Counted from the stretch's first letter, positions 37,581-49,019 are shown. The stretch is 64,000 nt of DNA from Candidatus Latescibacterota bacterium (GCA_965205485.1 OZ242180.1:2304001-2368000); one strand, 5' to 3'. Made by a program: numbers and translations. The notes: generated by a model from the letters alone, not told the origin.

Positions 37581-37618
37581 CACAACCTCCTGCATTTGCG
37601 GGCTTGCTCAGGTCGTGC

Positions 37619-38284
37619 CTATTGTGCGGGGCTTCCGCCGAACTGCCAGCCGATCCCCAGTCCGAATTCGAGTCCGCTGTAGTTGCGCCGGCCGCCGATC
37701 TCGTCTGAAAAATCCGTCATCAGGTTATATCCCAGGTCTGCAATCGCCACGAATGAACGACCCATCGCCAGGTCGAATCCCATTCCCGCCCGGCTTCCGA
37801 ATGTCGTCATCGCGCCGGATTCCTGGACAACCTGTAGACCGACGTCGCTTCTGGATTGAAATCCGGTGACCAGCCCGATGCCCGCGGTCAGAAAGGGCCT
37901 GAACGCGGTGTCGAGCGACCCTCTGCGCGGGTAATATCTCATGCCGATAATCATGGGACAGATGACCGCCGCCTTCTGGGAGACGCCCAATGGCCCGGCG
38001 CGTGAGCTCGCCTCGACCGACAGGGCGCCCAACGTAGCGTGACCGGCGACGTTCTCCCTCAGCCAGCGCGAGTAGCCCAACGAAAAGAATACATTGTCCG
38101 CTCCGGCGGTCGTTTCCACCCCCAGCGGACCGATCTGCGTTGCCGCGCCGGTGGTTCCACCGTGATTCCGCAGTCCCATCCGTAGCTCAATCCGGGACCG
38201 CCTTTCCATCTCGCCGGCACTCATAACCTGCGGCGTTGCCAGCAGCAGGAAACACAACAGTACCGTCACTCTCATTGCTGTCAT
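37619..38284 (-). CDS. Small outer-membrane beta-barrel (OmpW/OMP_b-brl-like)
   Basis: Signal peptide; RYYP..RPFLTAGIG; terminal strand GLEFGLGIGWQF. Confidence 0.7.
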   Translation of the reverse strand: MTAMRVTVLLCFLLLATPQVMSAGEMERRSRIELRMGLRNHGGTTGAATQIGPLGVETTAGADNVFFSLGYSRWLRENVAGHATLGALSVEASSRAGPLGVSQKAAVICPMIIGMRYYPRRGSLDTAFRPFLTAGIGLVTGFQSRSDVGLQVVQESGAMTTFGSRAGMGFDLAMGRSFVAIADLGYNLMTDFSDEIGGRRNYSGLEFGLGIGWQFGGSPAQ

Positions 38285-38439
38285 TTCCGCCTCCCTTTTG
38301 AGGGGATTTATCTACGGGTTTTGTGAAATAGTCGCACCGTTTTACTTGATTCCTGGCTGTTTCGGCGACAGTACCGCAAACTACCAGTTTGCTCTACCAT
38401 ATACAGTATTTTTAACTCTGGATCACTATGCCTCGTATT

Positions 38440-38464
38440 GTAGGGGCGTCCCTTTTGGGCGCCT
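38440..38464 (+). repeat. GTAG-type REP (GTAGGGGCGTCCCTTTTGGGCGCC)
   Basis: Near copy at 62097-62119. Confidence 0.7.
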
Positions 38465-38504
38465 GGCAACCGTCGCCAGTGGTGATCCTGACGATATCTT
38501 CAAG

Positions 38505-39857
38505 TTACGGTTTGTCCGAATCAACCTGCTCCAGCGCGTCGACCAGGCTCTTTCGGACGAGATCGTACAGTTCGTCGATGTCCTCCCGCTGTACGATCAG
38601 CGCCGGGCTCACGGCGAACCACGTGGGGTCGATGCGAATCAGCAGCCCGTTCGCCAGCGAGGTCCGCTTCAGCGCGCGTCCCAGCTCCGGGAACGGGGTC
38701 ATCGACTTCGTATCCCTCACCAGTTCCACGCCCTGCAGCAGCCCTCGCCCGCGCACTTCCCGCACCACGCCCAGGTCCTTCAATCCTTCCAGCTTCGATG
38801 CCAGGTAGCGGCCGAGTTCCCCGGCCTTTCGATCCAGTTCCTGATCCACGATTTCGTCGATCACGGCCATGCCCACGGCACACGCGACGGGATTGGCCGC
38901 GAACGTATGCCCGTGGGCAAAGTTGACATCGGCTTCCACCGGACCGAGAAAGACGTCTCCCATGTCCTCACGCGCCATCATCGCGCCCACCGGATACGCC
39001 CCGCTCGAGATCCCTTTGCCCGCGCAGATGATGTCAGGCGTAACCCCGAACGTCTGGGCGGCGAACATCGAGCCGGTCTTGCCGAACCCCGTAATGATCT
39101 CATCGTAGATCAACATCACGTTGCAGCGGTCGCAGACGTCGCGGATCATCCGGAAGTATTCTTCGGTGGGGGTAATGATGCCTCCGGTATTGCCGATCGG
39201 CTCCAGGATGACGCCTGCCACCGTATCCGGGTCTTCGTTGACGATCACGTCCTCGAACATCTGCGCACTAAAACGGTTGCATTCCTCCCAGGAAGCAAAA
39301 CGGTCCCTGTAGTACGTTGGCGGGAAAACCTTCAGGAATCCGCCCGCCTGCGGTTCGAACGGCGTCTTGCGTTTTCCCGTCCCGCTGGCCGCCATCGCGC
39401 CGAACGTGGCGCCGTGATAGCCGAAGTAACGGCTGACGAACTTGTACTTGCCCGGGTGGCCGCTCTGCCTGAAATACTGCCGGGTGAATTTCAGGGCGGA
39501 TTCGACCGCTTCGGACCCGCCGCTGTAGGACTTGATGAAATTCAGATTCTCCGGCGTCACCTCGCTCAGCTTCTCGACGAAATCCAGCGCCACGTCCGAA
39601 AGCCCGTGCATCGGCGGCGAGAATCCCAGCGTCTCCGCCTGCCTTCGCATCGCCTCCAGCACCCTGGGGTGCCCGTGTCCGAGCGAGGCCACGAAGATGC
39701 CGCCGATCCCGTCGAAATAACGCTTGCCGTCCGTATCCCAATAGTGAAGTCCGTGCGCCCTCTTGACGATAAACGGATGTTGCATGAAGGCCGACGTCTG
39801 CTGATAATCCAGAAATGTCCGCTCAAGCAACCGCCGGCGGCGACCGTCCAGCTTCAT
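38505..39857 (-). CDS. Class III aminotransferase (omega-amino acid transaminase-like)
   Basis: GGSEAVE, YHGAT, DEIITGFGKTG, AGKG (PLP Lys), HGHTF. Confidence 0.9.
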   Translation of the reverse strand: MKLDGRRRRLLERTFLDYQQTSAFMQHPFIVKRAHGLHYWDTDGKRYFDGIGGIFVASLGHGHPRVLEAMRRQAETLGFSPPMHGLSDVALDFVEKLSEVTPENLNFIKSYSGGSEAVESALKFTRQYFRQSGHPGKYKFVSRYFGYHGATFGAMAASGTGKRKTPFEPQAGGFLKVFPPTYYRDRFASWEECNRFSAQMFEDVIVNEDPDTVAGVILEPIGNTGGIITPTEEYFRMIRDVCDRCNVMLIYDEIITGFGKTGSMFAAQTFGVTPDIICAGKGISSGAYPVGAMMAREDMGDVFLGPVEADVNFAHGHTFAANPVACAVGMAVIDEIVDQELDRKAGELGRYLASKLEGLKDLGVVREVRGRGLLQGVELVRDTKSMTPFPELGRALKRTSLANGLLIRIDPTWFAVSPALIVQREDIDELYDLVRKSLVDALEQVDSDKP

Positions 39858-39902
39858 CGATTCATTCCTCCGTACACGTTGCCTCAACGCCATCGCCAGT
39901 TT

Positions 39903-40670
39903 CTACGACAATTTCTTCGGCGCCAGCACGAGCCGCTCCGCGTTCCTCCAGGCGATCTGTTCCCGTTCGTCGTCCGTAATATCCGCCGCCGCCAGCAACG
40001 CGGGGAACGCCATCGGTTCGTACAGAGGCGAATCCGTACCGAACAACACCCGGTCCGCCCCCACTTCGCGCACCACCAGTCCGATCATGCCCGTGCGAAT
40101 CGCCCTTGCCGTACCCATATCCGTGTAGAGGTTGCCCGTTTTGCAGTCCTGGAGCGCATCGATGGCCTCGTACGTCTGGCCCGGCTGTCCCGCGCCGAAA
40201 TGCGCCGTAATCACCGTTATGGACGGAAAGGCTTCGGCCAGCCGCCGCAGCCGGGCCGGCGCCGCGTACGATTCGTTCTCGCCGTGGGAAAGCACCGGAA
40301 GCCCGAGCGGCTCCAGCTTTTCGAAGAGCCGGAAGGTGGGCTTGATGTCCGCCGGATACTTGTGCTGCACCGGGTGGATCTTGAGGCCGGCGACCTTGGG
40401 ATGATCCCTGAAACGGTCCAGCAGCTCCAGCGACTCGCCCATTTTCAATGGATTCAGTACCAGCCAGACGAGCAGATGATCCAGTTTCTCGGCCTGCTGA
40501 ATGGTCCATTCATTGCCATAGATCAATTCTGTAAACAGGGCGGATCCCGAGGTCACCACGGTTCGCTCGATGCCCGCCCGTTCCTGCATGGCCACGAAGC
40601 CCTCGGCCGTAAATGTCGTTATCTCGTCGAACCACGGTCCCAGGTGGGCGTGTGTGTCGATGTATCGCAT
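39903..40670 (-). CDS. Amidohydrolase_2 family metallo-hydrolase
   Basis: IDTHAH, GLKIHP, AHFG, VLFGTDSP. Confidence 0.88.
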   Translation of the reverse strand: MRYIDTHAHLGPWFDEITTFTAEGFVAMQERAGIERTVVTSGSALFTELIYGNEWTIQQAEKLDHLLVWLVLNPLKMGESLELLDRFRDHPKVAGLKIHPVQHKYPADIKPTFRLFEKLEPLGLPVLSHGENESYAAPARLRRLAEAFPSITVITAHFGAGQPGQTYEAIDALQDCKTGNLYTDMGTARAIRTGMIGLVVREVGADRVLFGTDSPLYEPMAFPALLAAADITDDEREQIAWRNAERLVLAPKKLS

Positions 40671-40791
40671 CTGATTGTCCTCCCGAATCAACACCTCTTA
40701 TGCGGCATGCCGCGGACGACCGCGTTTGTCTCAAGCTATCGGGTTGCGGTTCAACAACGTGAAGCCGCTGAAGGGCAGGCAATAAGCGATC

Positions 40792-42117
40792 CTATATCGC
40801 GTCTCCAACGGCATCGATCAATCCGTCCACGTGACCCTCGTCCATCGGCGCGGATACGGCGCACATCAACAGCCCGTTGCCCAGAAAATACCCCTGTTCG
40901 ATCAGTCCTAGCAGCATCCCGTGCGCCGCCGCACCGTCGGTTCGCGCCAGATGGCGGTAATTCAACATCTTTTCGCCCGAAAAGTGAATGCTGAACAACG
41001 ATCCCATGCCTACGGCCGTGGCATCGACTTCACGTTCTGAAAACAGCCGGTTCAACCCGTCCCTGAGACGTTTTCCCAGCCGGTTGATGTACGCGAACAC
41101 GTCCGGCGTCAACTGCTTCAGGGTCGCCAGGCCGGCGGCCATGGCCACGGGATGCCCGCTGAACGTGCCGCTCTGAAAGAAACCTGTCGGTCCCCGGGAC
41201 GAGTCGAAGCGATCCATCAGGTCGGCCCTGCCGCCGAAGGCGCCCACGGGAAATCCGCCGCCGATGACCTTTCCAAACGTCGTCAGATCCGGCTCGATGC
41301 CATAGTGCGCCTGCAGACCCCCGGTGCCGACCCGGAACCCGACGATCTCGTCGAATATGACAATCACATCGTGCCGCCGCGCCATGTCGCATACGAACTG
41401 CGCGAACTCCGCGCGCTGGGACAATATGCCCGCACGGGGGTCGAATATCACGCACGCCAGTTCGCGCCGGTGCCGCGCCAGCAATCGCTCAACGGCGTCT
41501 TCGTCGTCATACGGCAGGATCACCACTTCGCCGGCGGCATTGGGCGAAGCTCCGCCCGCCGTGGAAACCGAATGCGGGGCCGACGCGGGCCCGGCCTTGT
41601 CCAGCGGCGGCGCCACGCTCACCTCCACCACGTCGTGGCTGCCGTGGTATCCGCCCTCGAACTTGGCGATCTTCGTCCTTCCGGTGACGCCTCGCGCCAG
41701 TCGAATGGCGTGCAGGGTGGCTTCCGTGCCGGAATTGCAGAACCGGATCTTCTCAACGGTTTTCACCCGGGCGCATATCTCTTCGGCCAGTGCCGTCTCC
41801 ACGCCGGCGGGTGCGCTCAACGCGATCCCGCGGGATACCTGCTCCTGCACGGCCGCGACGACGGCCGGATGGTTGTGGCCCAGGATCTGCGCCGTGTGGT
41901 GGTTGTTGAAATCCACCAGTCTGCGGCCATCAAGGTCGTACACGTAACAGCCATCGCCGCGCTCGATGGTCAGCGGATAGGGCTGGTAGAAGTACGCCCC
42001 TTTCACGCCGCCGGGCATCACCGCATTGGCCCGATCGAAAGCCGCCCGGGAACGCGGGCTGGCCGTCCGATATCGTTCCTCCACCGAAGGACCGCTACCA
42101 GCCGTTGTCTCATCCAT
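40792..42117 (-). CDS. Glutamate-1-semialdehyde aminomutase-like class III aminotransferase
   Basis: MPGG, NSGTEAT, KFEGGYHG, FDEIVGFR, FGKVIGGGFPVGAFGG, SGTFSG. Confidence 0.88.
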   Translation of the reverse strand: MDETTAGSGPSVEERYRTASPRSRAAFDRANAVMPGGVKGAYFYQPYPLTIERGDGCYVYDLDGRRLVDFNNHHTAQILGHNHPAVVAAVQEQVSRGIALSAPAGVETALAEEICARVKTVEKIRFCNSGTEATLHAIRLARGVTGRTKIAKFEGGYHGSHDVVEVSVAPPLDKAGPASAPHSVSTAGGASPNAAGEVVILPYDDEDAVERLLARHRRELACVIFDPRAGILSQRAEFAQFVCDMARRHDVIVIFDEIVGFRVGTGGLQAHYGIEPDLTTFGKVIGGGFPVGAFGGRADLMDRFDSSRGPTGFFQSGTFSGHPVAMAAGLATLKQLTPDVFAYINRLGKRLRDGLNRLFSEREVDATAVGMGSLFSIHFSGEKMLNYRHLARTDGAAAHGMLLGLIEQGYFLGNGLLMCAVSAPMDEGHVDGLIDAVGDAI

Positions 42118-42126
42118 TGCGTTTTC

Positions 42127-43128
42127 TCAATTCAACCTGAAACGCTCGAAGACGATTTGCTCGTAGGGGGACCCGGCGCCCGATTCGTACAGGCAGCCGA
42201 CCTCGTTCTCCGGAAGCGTCACGAGACAGGAATACGCCGCGGGGCCTTCGTGGAGCGATTTCGCCAGGGGCCACGTCCGTCCTCCGTCGCTGCTCAGTCT
42301 GACGGTCATGTTCGCCCGCTCTCCGCCGCCGGCTCCTGGCGGAGCGGGCGGAGCGGGATTCGAAAACAGCAGGCTGTTGCTCTTGCCGCCGCCCACGAGG
42401 CTGGCCTGGCATTTGGGGCAGGGCAGGTTGCGGTCGTGCCGGAACCCGGACCAGGACCCGCCTCCGTCCCGGCTCAACGCGGTTCCTCGATACCCCTCGC
42501 TGTGCGTCTGCATCCGGGTGGTCATGACGACGGTCCCGTCCGCGAGTTCGCCGAACTGGCACTCGTTCGCCCCCGGCCTGACCGAACCGCCCAACCGCCA
42601 GGACGCTCCACCGTCATCGCTGTAGACGGAATGAGAACCGCAGTCGTACGCTTCCGGGTTCCGGTGATCGCAGGGAATCAGGAGCCGCCCTTTCCGCGCG
42701 CCGTTCCGGAGCTGGACGCCCACCCCGGGGCCCGTCGCATACCAGGTCCACGCATCTTTCTTTACGTTTACCGTAATGTCGGCGGGACGAGACCACGTCA
42801 GGCCGTCGTCGGTACTGTGCGTGACCAGCACGTCGACGTTATCTCTGCAGAACAGCAACCAGACCGTGCCCGTCCCGGCGTCCACCACGGGGCAGGGATT
42901 GCCGATGGTGACCTCACCCGCTTCGCTGTAGACGACCTGCTGCGCCGACCAGGACCGGCCCTCGTCATCCGAACGCTTTACCAGGAGGTCGATGTCTCCA
43001 TGGTCCGACCGATCGTTGCGCCGGCCTTCGCAAAAAGCCAGCAGCGTTCCGTTCGCCGCGGCAAGCACGGCGGGAATCCGGTACGTGTGGTAGCCATCCC
43101 GTCCGCTTGTGAACACGTTCGTCTTCAC
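42127..43128 (-). CDS. Exo-alpha-sialidase (GH33)
   Basis: YRIP motif and multiple Asp boxes (SDDEGRSW, STDDGLTW, SDDGGASW, SRDGGGSW, SSDGGRTW); no signal peptide. Confidence 0.9.
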   Translation of the reverse strand: MKTNVFTSGRDGYHTYRIPAVLAAANGTLLAFCEGRRNDRSDHGDIDLLVKRSDDEGRSWSAQQVVYSEAGEVTIGNPCPVVDAGTGTVWLLFCRDNVDVLVTHSTDDGLTWSRPADITVNVKKDAWTWYATGPGVGVQLRNGARKGRLLIPCDHRNPEAYDCGSHSVYSDDGGASWRLGGSVRPGANECQFGELADGTVVMTTRMQTHSEGYRGTALSRDGGGSWSGFRHDRNLPCPKCQASLVGGGKSNSLLFSNPAPPAPPGAGGGERANMTVRLSSDGGRTWPLAKSLHEGPAAYSCLVTLPENEVGCLYESGAGSPYEQIVFERFRLN

Positions 43129-43144
43129 GGATGCGCCTTTTCGT

Positions 43145-43960
43145 CTATTCGTGTTGGTCGCGGCGGTCCATGATTTCCGTTGCCCTGAGTTCCCGAACCA
43201 GTTCGATCAGCCCCTCGATGCCCGCCTCGAGGAATTTCTCCCCCTTCTCCCGGCTGGCCTTCGTCGCGTCTCCCATCACGCCGCTGGCGGTTTTCGTGCT
43301 CCAGTACGGCGTGAAATTCGCGCTGGACCCTTCGGGATGGCCTCCCGCCAGCAGATCGGACTGGAAGCTGTTCGACAGGGGCGACCGTTCGTCGACCGCT
43401 TTGCTCATGTCCACCAGGTCCGGCTTCAACGCCAGATACAGCGACGTCTCGAACTCGCCGCCGTGGGAGGTCCCGCCGTAGTCCGACTCCCTCAGTTCGC
43501 GTCCCACCTCTTTCACCTTCCGGAGCCCCCAGTGGTTCACCGAGCCGCACAGAACCCTGCCCTCGGTTTCGATCACCGTCAGGCGGGTTGCCAGGTCCAG
43601 CGGGGGCGTATTGCTGCCGTGGCCGTTCACGACCAGGATCCGCTTGAAGCCGTGGTGGGCGAGGCTGCAGCAGACGTCCTTGACGTATCGGATGAAGGTA
43701 TCCCAGGTTATCGTCAGCGTCCCGTGAAAATCCATGTGATGGGGGCTGTACCCGTGCGGGACCGGCGGAGCCAGAACGGCCTCCGACGGGATCCGCGCCA
43801 CCGCCCTTTCACAGATCTCCGTGCAGAGGACGACGTCGGTATCCACGGGAAGGTGCGGTCCGTGATCCTCGTACGTCGCGACCGGCAGGACGGCAACACG
43901 GTCCTGCTCCGCGGCCTCCTTGATTTCATACCAGATCATTTCGGCAAAGCGGTATTTCAT
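43145..43960 (-). CDS. Creatininase family amidohydrolase
   Basis: EDHGPHLP.D.D, NGHGSN, HGGEFETS. Confidence 0.92.
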   Translation of the reverse strand: MKYRFAEMIWYEIKEAAEQDRVAVLPVATYEDHGPHLPVDTDVVLCTEICERAVARIPSEAVLAPPVPHGYSPHHMDFHGTLTITWDTFIRYVKDVCCSLAHHGFKRILVVNGHGSNTPPLDLATRLTVIETEGRVLCGSVNHWGLRKVKEVGRELRESDYGGTSHGGEFETSLYLALKPDLVDMSKAVDERSPLSNSFQSDLLAGGHPEGSSANFTPYWSTKTASGVMGDATKASREKGEKFLEAGIEGLIELVRELRATEIMDRRDQHE

Positions 43961-44003
43961 TCTCGACTCCTTGAAGCATAAATCCAGAAACCCATAGCGC
44001 CGA

Positions 44004-44465
44004 TCAGTGAATTGGGAAGAAGATGTCGGTGCGCCATTTCGACGGGTCGGGCTCCTCACCGGGATCCGTCACGTAAACCTCCCAGGGCGCGCCCGCCGCC
44101 TGCAGGCTCTCTTCTTCCATCCATTGCATCAGTGCCGACCACGTCTGTCCCAACTGCTCGTAGGGACCCATGTGGGTAACGGTCGCGACCTTCCCGGCGG
44201 GCAGTTCTCCAGGTCGAACGCGCTCGGTGCCCTCAACGGGCGAAGCCACCGGCATCCCGCATTCCATTTCCAGCCGTTCGGCGTCCATGTCGTGGTAAAT
44301 GGTAAACGGCATCCCCGCCGGCGCAAGTCCGTTCCCGGTGAGATATGCCATAACCTCGCCGAAAAGGGCGCCGATGACCTGTTTGATCTCCTCCATCGTG
44401 GTTGTGGCGCGGATGCCCACGATCGGCTGCGAATCGATTTCCCGGGTGGCGAAATTCAAACTCAT
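44004..44465 (-). CDS. GyrI-like small-molecule-binding protein
   Basis: HMGPYEQL, PWEVYVTDP..EPDPSKWRTDIFFP. Confidence 0.88.
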   Translation of the reverse strand: MSLNFATREIDSQPIVGIRATTTMEEIKQVIGALFGEVMAYLTGNGLAPAGMPFTIYHDMDAERLEMECGMPVASPVEGTERVRPGELPAGKVATVTHMGPYEQLGQTWSALMQWMEEESLQAAGAPWEVYVTDPGEEPDPSKWRTDIFFPIH

Positions 44466-44545
44466 CGGCGTCTCCTCAATTGATGGGGTGACTTCGAAAT
44501 GGAATTCAGATCGTCCGGATGCACCCCTGCCTCGCGTACGGTCGT

Positions 44546-44971
44546 TCAATCCTTCTCTTCTGTATCCTTCTCCACAAAATCCAGGGCCGCGGAATTCATG
44601 CAGTACCTCAGTCCCGTGGGCCGGGGACCGTCGTCGAAAACATGCCCGAGATGCGCGTCGCACCGGCTGCACTTCACCTCCGTGCGCACCATGCCGTACG
44701 ACACATCCGCTTCCGTTTCCACGTTCGCGTCATCCGACGGCGCCCAGAAACTCGGCCAGCCCGTGCAGGAATCGTACTTGGTATCCGACTGAAACAGCTC
44801 GTTTCCGCAGCACACACACAGATAGATCCCTTTTCCTTTGAAGTCGTGGTACTCGCCGGTAAACGCCCGTTCCGTTCCGCTTCTTCTTGTCACGTGGTAC
44901 TGTTCCGGCGTGAGCAACTCCCGCCATTCCTCCTCGGTCTTCCGGATTTTATCTCCCACAGCACCCTCCAA
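44546..44971 (-). CDS. msrB: Peptide-methionine (R)-S-oxide reductase
   Basis: GTERAFTG, CxxC pairs, GWPSF, HLGHVF.DGP, RYCMNS. Confidence 0.95.
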   Translation of the reverse strand: MEGAVGDKIRKTEEEWRELLTPEQYHVTRRSGTERAFTGEYHDFKGKGIYLCVCCGNELFQSDTKYDSCTGWPSFWAPSDDANVETEADVSYGMVRTEVKCSRCDAHLGHVFDDGPRPTGLRYCMNSAALDFVEKDTEEKD

Positions 44972-45055
44972 TATGAACGAGTGTACAGCCGAAATTGGGG
45001 CCGGAATCCGTCATGCGGGGTCCGCAGTCGTCGTCGCCGTGCGTTTTCTCGATCC

Positions 45056-46724
45056 TCATTCCTGAAGAATGTCCAGGCTCAGTTCGTACCGGCTCCTGTC
45101 TTCGCCGAACGGCAGCGCGAGCACCAGCCGGGCTTGCCCGACGCCGGCCTCTCCTCCCTTTGTATACGCGTTGTGGGGCAACGCCGGCCACACAAGCCGC
45201 GCGCCGGCGGGGAGCGACAGCCGCCATCCCGCGTGTTCGAACCAGGCGCCGTCGGCCCCCGTCCATTCCACGACGTCCGTCTGCAGTTCAGCACGCTCGC
45301 CGGTCGACGAACGCAGCGCCTCCCTCAAATGCGGGATCAACGTCACGTGTGCTTCCATTCCGCTTTCGGAAATGCCGGACGACTCAAGAATCAGGAGCAA
45401 TTGCGAGTCTCCGCGTGGAACGAGCGTAACGCGTCCCACGTCCGCGCCATAATGCAAATCAATGCCGGGACATGCTTCATCCGCCCTGATTTCCGCCCTG
45501 TCGGGAATATGCGCCAGCCCTTCGAACGGACCGAAGTCAGGATCGGCGTCCCCGGGCGTATGCCGCATCAGGGACGTATCGCCCACGCTGAACGTGCTCC
45601 ATTGCGGCTGCAGCTTGGTATTGCCGCCGCCAACGATTAAACCGGTCGACTCGTGAAAGACACTCACGAAATTCTGCCGGTCCTGCCGGAACCGGTTCTC
45701 GTCCAAAGGACAGCAATAGGCCGACAGGCTCAGAAACCAGGGCTTGCGTGAGACGATCAGCGCATCGCCGCCCATCGCATAGGTACGCCCGTCCCGGTCG
45801 GCCTCCATCTCCTCGATTTCGCCGTCGCCTGCATAGAGCAGCATGTGCGCGGCGTAATCCACATCGAATTTCCCGCCGGCTTCCAGGAAGAGGCGATGCT
45901 GCCGTGCCAGATAGCCTCTGCCCGTTGCTGTGTGGCTGAATCCGGGATTCCCCGGCCGCACCTCGCTGTTGTACGCATTTCGCTCATCCACCGTCTCCAC
46001 GGCGCTTCCATCCGGATACGTATAGTTCCTGTGGAATCGGGCCGCCCGTTCCAGCGCTTCGAGTACGCGTCCGTCCCCGGACAGCTTGTAATACACGCCC
46101 ATCGCGTCCGAATACACGTAGTTATAGGAAACGACCGGGCCCACGTTCTCGGTCCACCACCCGTACGGAGACTGCGCCGCCACAACCTCGTGGATGAATT
46201 CCCGCGCCTGCGTCTTCCAGTCTTCGCGCTCAAACACCATCCCGGCGCAATAAAGGGACATCGCGTGATGGGTCGGAATGTTGTGAACGTGCGACAGGCA
46301 CGTTTTTGAAATCCCCTCGAAACCCTGTTCCAATGCGGCGTCCCACCGTGCTCGCGCCTCGCCGTCCATCCCGGATCGCGCCAGCATATACGCGCGAATC
46401 CAGCGGCTGTACGTCCAGGGCATGTAGATCTGCCCCCACTCCGAGTAGTCCTTTTTCAGAAAGGTCCACATCCCCTCCTCGTCTTGAGCTTCGATCAGCG
46501 CGTCGCCGCCACGCACAATAGCCGCCAGCACTTCGTCGTTATGAGACCAGGGACTGTTCTCGAGGCTCCAGGCGGCGGACAGGTGGAAGATCCGATGCTG
46601 GTCCAGACAGGTCCAGGGCGTCGGTGCCGAACCGTCCGTCTTCCCGCTGATCCGCGAGGATCCCGGGTACGGCCTCCCGCAATGTGTCCCACATTTCAGG
46701 CTCGGGTCTCCACAAGGTAGCCAT
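45056..46724 (-). pseudogene. Heparinase/lyase-like helical-toroid protein with +1 frameshift at ~46619 (real lesion or assembly error)
   Basis: MATLW...DGRFGTD continues after one extra base as PWTCLDQHRIFHLSAAWSLENSPWSHNDEVLAAIVRGG into the 491-aa ORF. Confidence 0.65.
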
Positions 46725-46776
46725 TTTCCGCTTTCCTTTCACCGTCCTTCACAGCGCATTTTCGGTTTTGGCTCGG

Positions 46777-48577
46777 CTATAATATCTCCGCCGCGAACAG
46801 CCGGTGTCCCGAAGACAGATACAGCTCGTTCCCCAGGATCGGCCCGCCCGCCGCGTGGCCGGTCAACCGTCTCGTCGAATTCGACGATCACGTCAAATTT
46901 CAGGGAACCGGGATCCAGCCGATAGATGAGGGTGTGGGTGAGGCCATAGATCATCCCGTCCGGTCCCAACAGCAGTCCGTTGTCCACCGGACCGCCCTCA
47001 GGCGCGGCGATCCGTTCCGTAAACGCCCGCGCCCCGGGGTCGAACACGAAGAGTTCGGGTCCGCGTTCGCTGCCGGCGAACGTGCCGATAAGCCTGCCAT
47101 CCGGTACGGCTGCAAGGGCATTGAATATCGTCACGGGCGGGTCGGGCGCGCCTTCCCAGACTTTCTCTTCCTTCCCGTAGTCGAAGAGGAAGAGCACGGC
47201 CTCGTCCACCCTCGGCTGGGTCCCGCTGCCCGCGGCTATGGTTGTGCCGACGGCGATCAGCGATTCCGCCTCCAGGTGCGCCAGCGTATAGCAGCTCCCG
47301 TCTCCCACGATGCGGTAAAACGCCTTTTTCTCCTCCGTGCGCGGGTCGTAATACGAGAGCGGCCCGCCCCACATTCCGTAGTCCGGAATGGATGCCAGCC
47401 AGACCTTTCCGCCGGGACCCGCCAGCGTGGAACGCGGCCGGTACGAAATGTCGTCCACCCGCCCGATGTCCCAGGGATTGCTGCCCCGGCTCTCGCCGAA
47501 GTTGTACGGCTGCGAAGGATCGTAAATGGAGATTCTCGCACCCGGGTATGACGAGATGTAGACTTTACCGTCCAGGTTCGCCATGGAATACGCCTCGCCG
47601 GTCGCGGTCGAACAGATGCCCAGGTCCGCCAGGTCATCGTTTCCGGGGTCGTATCGAAACAGCCGCTCCGGTAATACGCTGGATCCGTACACACACCCGT
47701 CGGGACCGCCGTGCAGGCAGAAGATATCGGTCCCCGCGGCTTCGAATTCGATGTCGAAGGTCTTCGCGGCGCCGTCCGGGCCCGTTACCTCCAGAATCCT
47801 GCATGTCTGCTCCACGGCATCCACGAACCGGAAGGTGCTGCCGTCCGGCAGGGTGGGCGCCGCAGCTTTCGCCGCGACGGTTTCTTCCACGGGAACGGCG
47901 TTCATGCCCTCCAGGCGGAAATTCCCCTCGCTCGATTCAATATAGAGGTTCCCGTCCGCCCCCCGGTGAAGGTTCAATGTTCCTTCGCCGCGCGTAACGA
48001 CGGGTCCTACCGTCCTTTTTTCACCGGTCTTCGGGTCCAGGACCACCACGTGCGGTTGGGTCTGCATGATCAGCGACGCGATCGTATCGTCGGTATTCAC
48101 GTGGCAATAGGCGTACATATCGACTTCATCCAGCCGTCCGTACCGGGTAAACTCACCGGTTTCCGGATTAAAGCTCGTCAGATCCGCGGTGCCGTAGCTG
48201 GAAATCCAGATCACGCCCTGTGAATCCTCGTCGATACTGCAGGGAAAAATAGCCGCCGTGCCGTTGATGGTGCCGAAATTCACCAGGTCGTCCTGCTCGG
48301 GATCGAAACAGTATAGTTGTCCCGAGTGCGCCGCCCCGATATAGAGGCGTCCGTTCCGCGCCTGATACACCGCCGTGGTATAGTTCGAATCGGGAACGTC
48401 CGGCCAGAATTGACGCAACCTGCCCGTCTGCGGATCGATCTGCAATACGAAGAGATTCGCGGCCTGCTGCGACATGGTCGCATACAGACACGGCTCCCCG
48501 GCGCCGTTTCGTCCCGCGTACAACGCCGCGCGATTCACCGCGCGAACCGGTATGCCAACTTCCCTCACCTGCGACAT
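46777..48577 (-). CDS. Beta-propeller protein (PQQ/streptogramin-lyase-like) with +1 frameshift near the C-terminus (~46867)
   Basis: Repeated blades (GRLYIG, DGKVYISSYP, GKVWLAS, DGMIYGL); the shifted frame gives a plausible terminus LTGHAAGGPILGNELYLSSGHRLFAAEIL*. Confidence 0.7.
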
Positions 48578-49019
48578 GTCAACCTCCTCCGAAAAACCGA
48601 CAATGCGAGCCCGTGTCGAACGATCAAGATGTACGAACCCTGCGCCCCGCGCGCGGCGTCTCAGGCCGCGAAAACTCCGGTATCGCGCGGGACGTCAACA
48701 AGTATCCAAAAACTGCAAAATCCCCGTACAAGACCGGGCATTCCCGTCTGTTCCTGAATTCCGCCAATATTGATTTTTCGCCTGTAAGTGTCAAGACCCT
48801 TCTAAACCGCTGACCCTGCCCGCACTTCAGCCCGGTCACTGCGTCCTTGTATGAATCCCACTTTCACCGTACCTTCGCAGGACGTATTGTTCTGTCCGGG
48901 AAACAGGTTGACGAATGGTCAGAATTCTTCGGTACAAGATACCGGAGTACCAGCCATGCGCTGGATGCCGGGTCTTCGTTAAGCGCCCGGGCGACGTGAA
49001 CGATTTGAGGGGAACCGCA

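Noticed and set aside
40792..42117. hemL assignment
   Set aside because: Lacks the GVNSPVR-type N-terminus and has no hem gene context; left as GSA-like.
38298..43173. Very long plus-strand ORFs (898 aa and 673 aa)
   Set aside because: Antisense shadows of well-supported minus-strand enzymes; common in high-GC DNA; no recognisable motifs.
48580..49019. Long divergent intergenic region as a riboswitch
   Set aside because: Only promoter-like hexamers and short GC stems; no aptamer consensus or extended nested structure seen.
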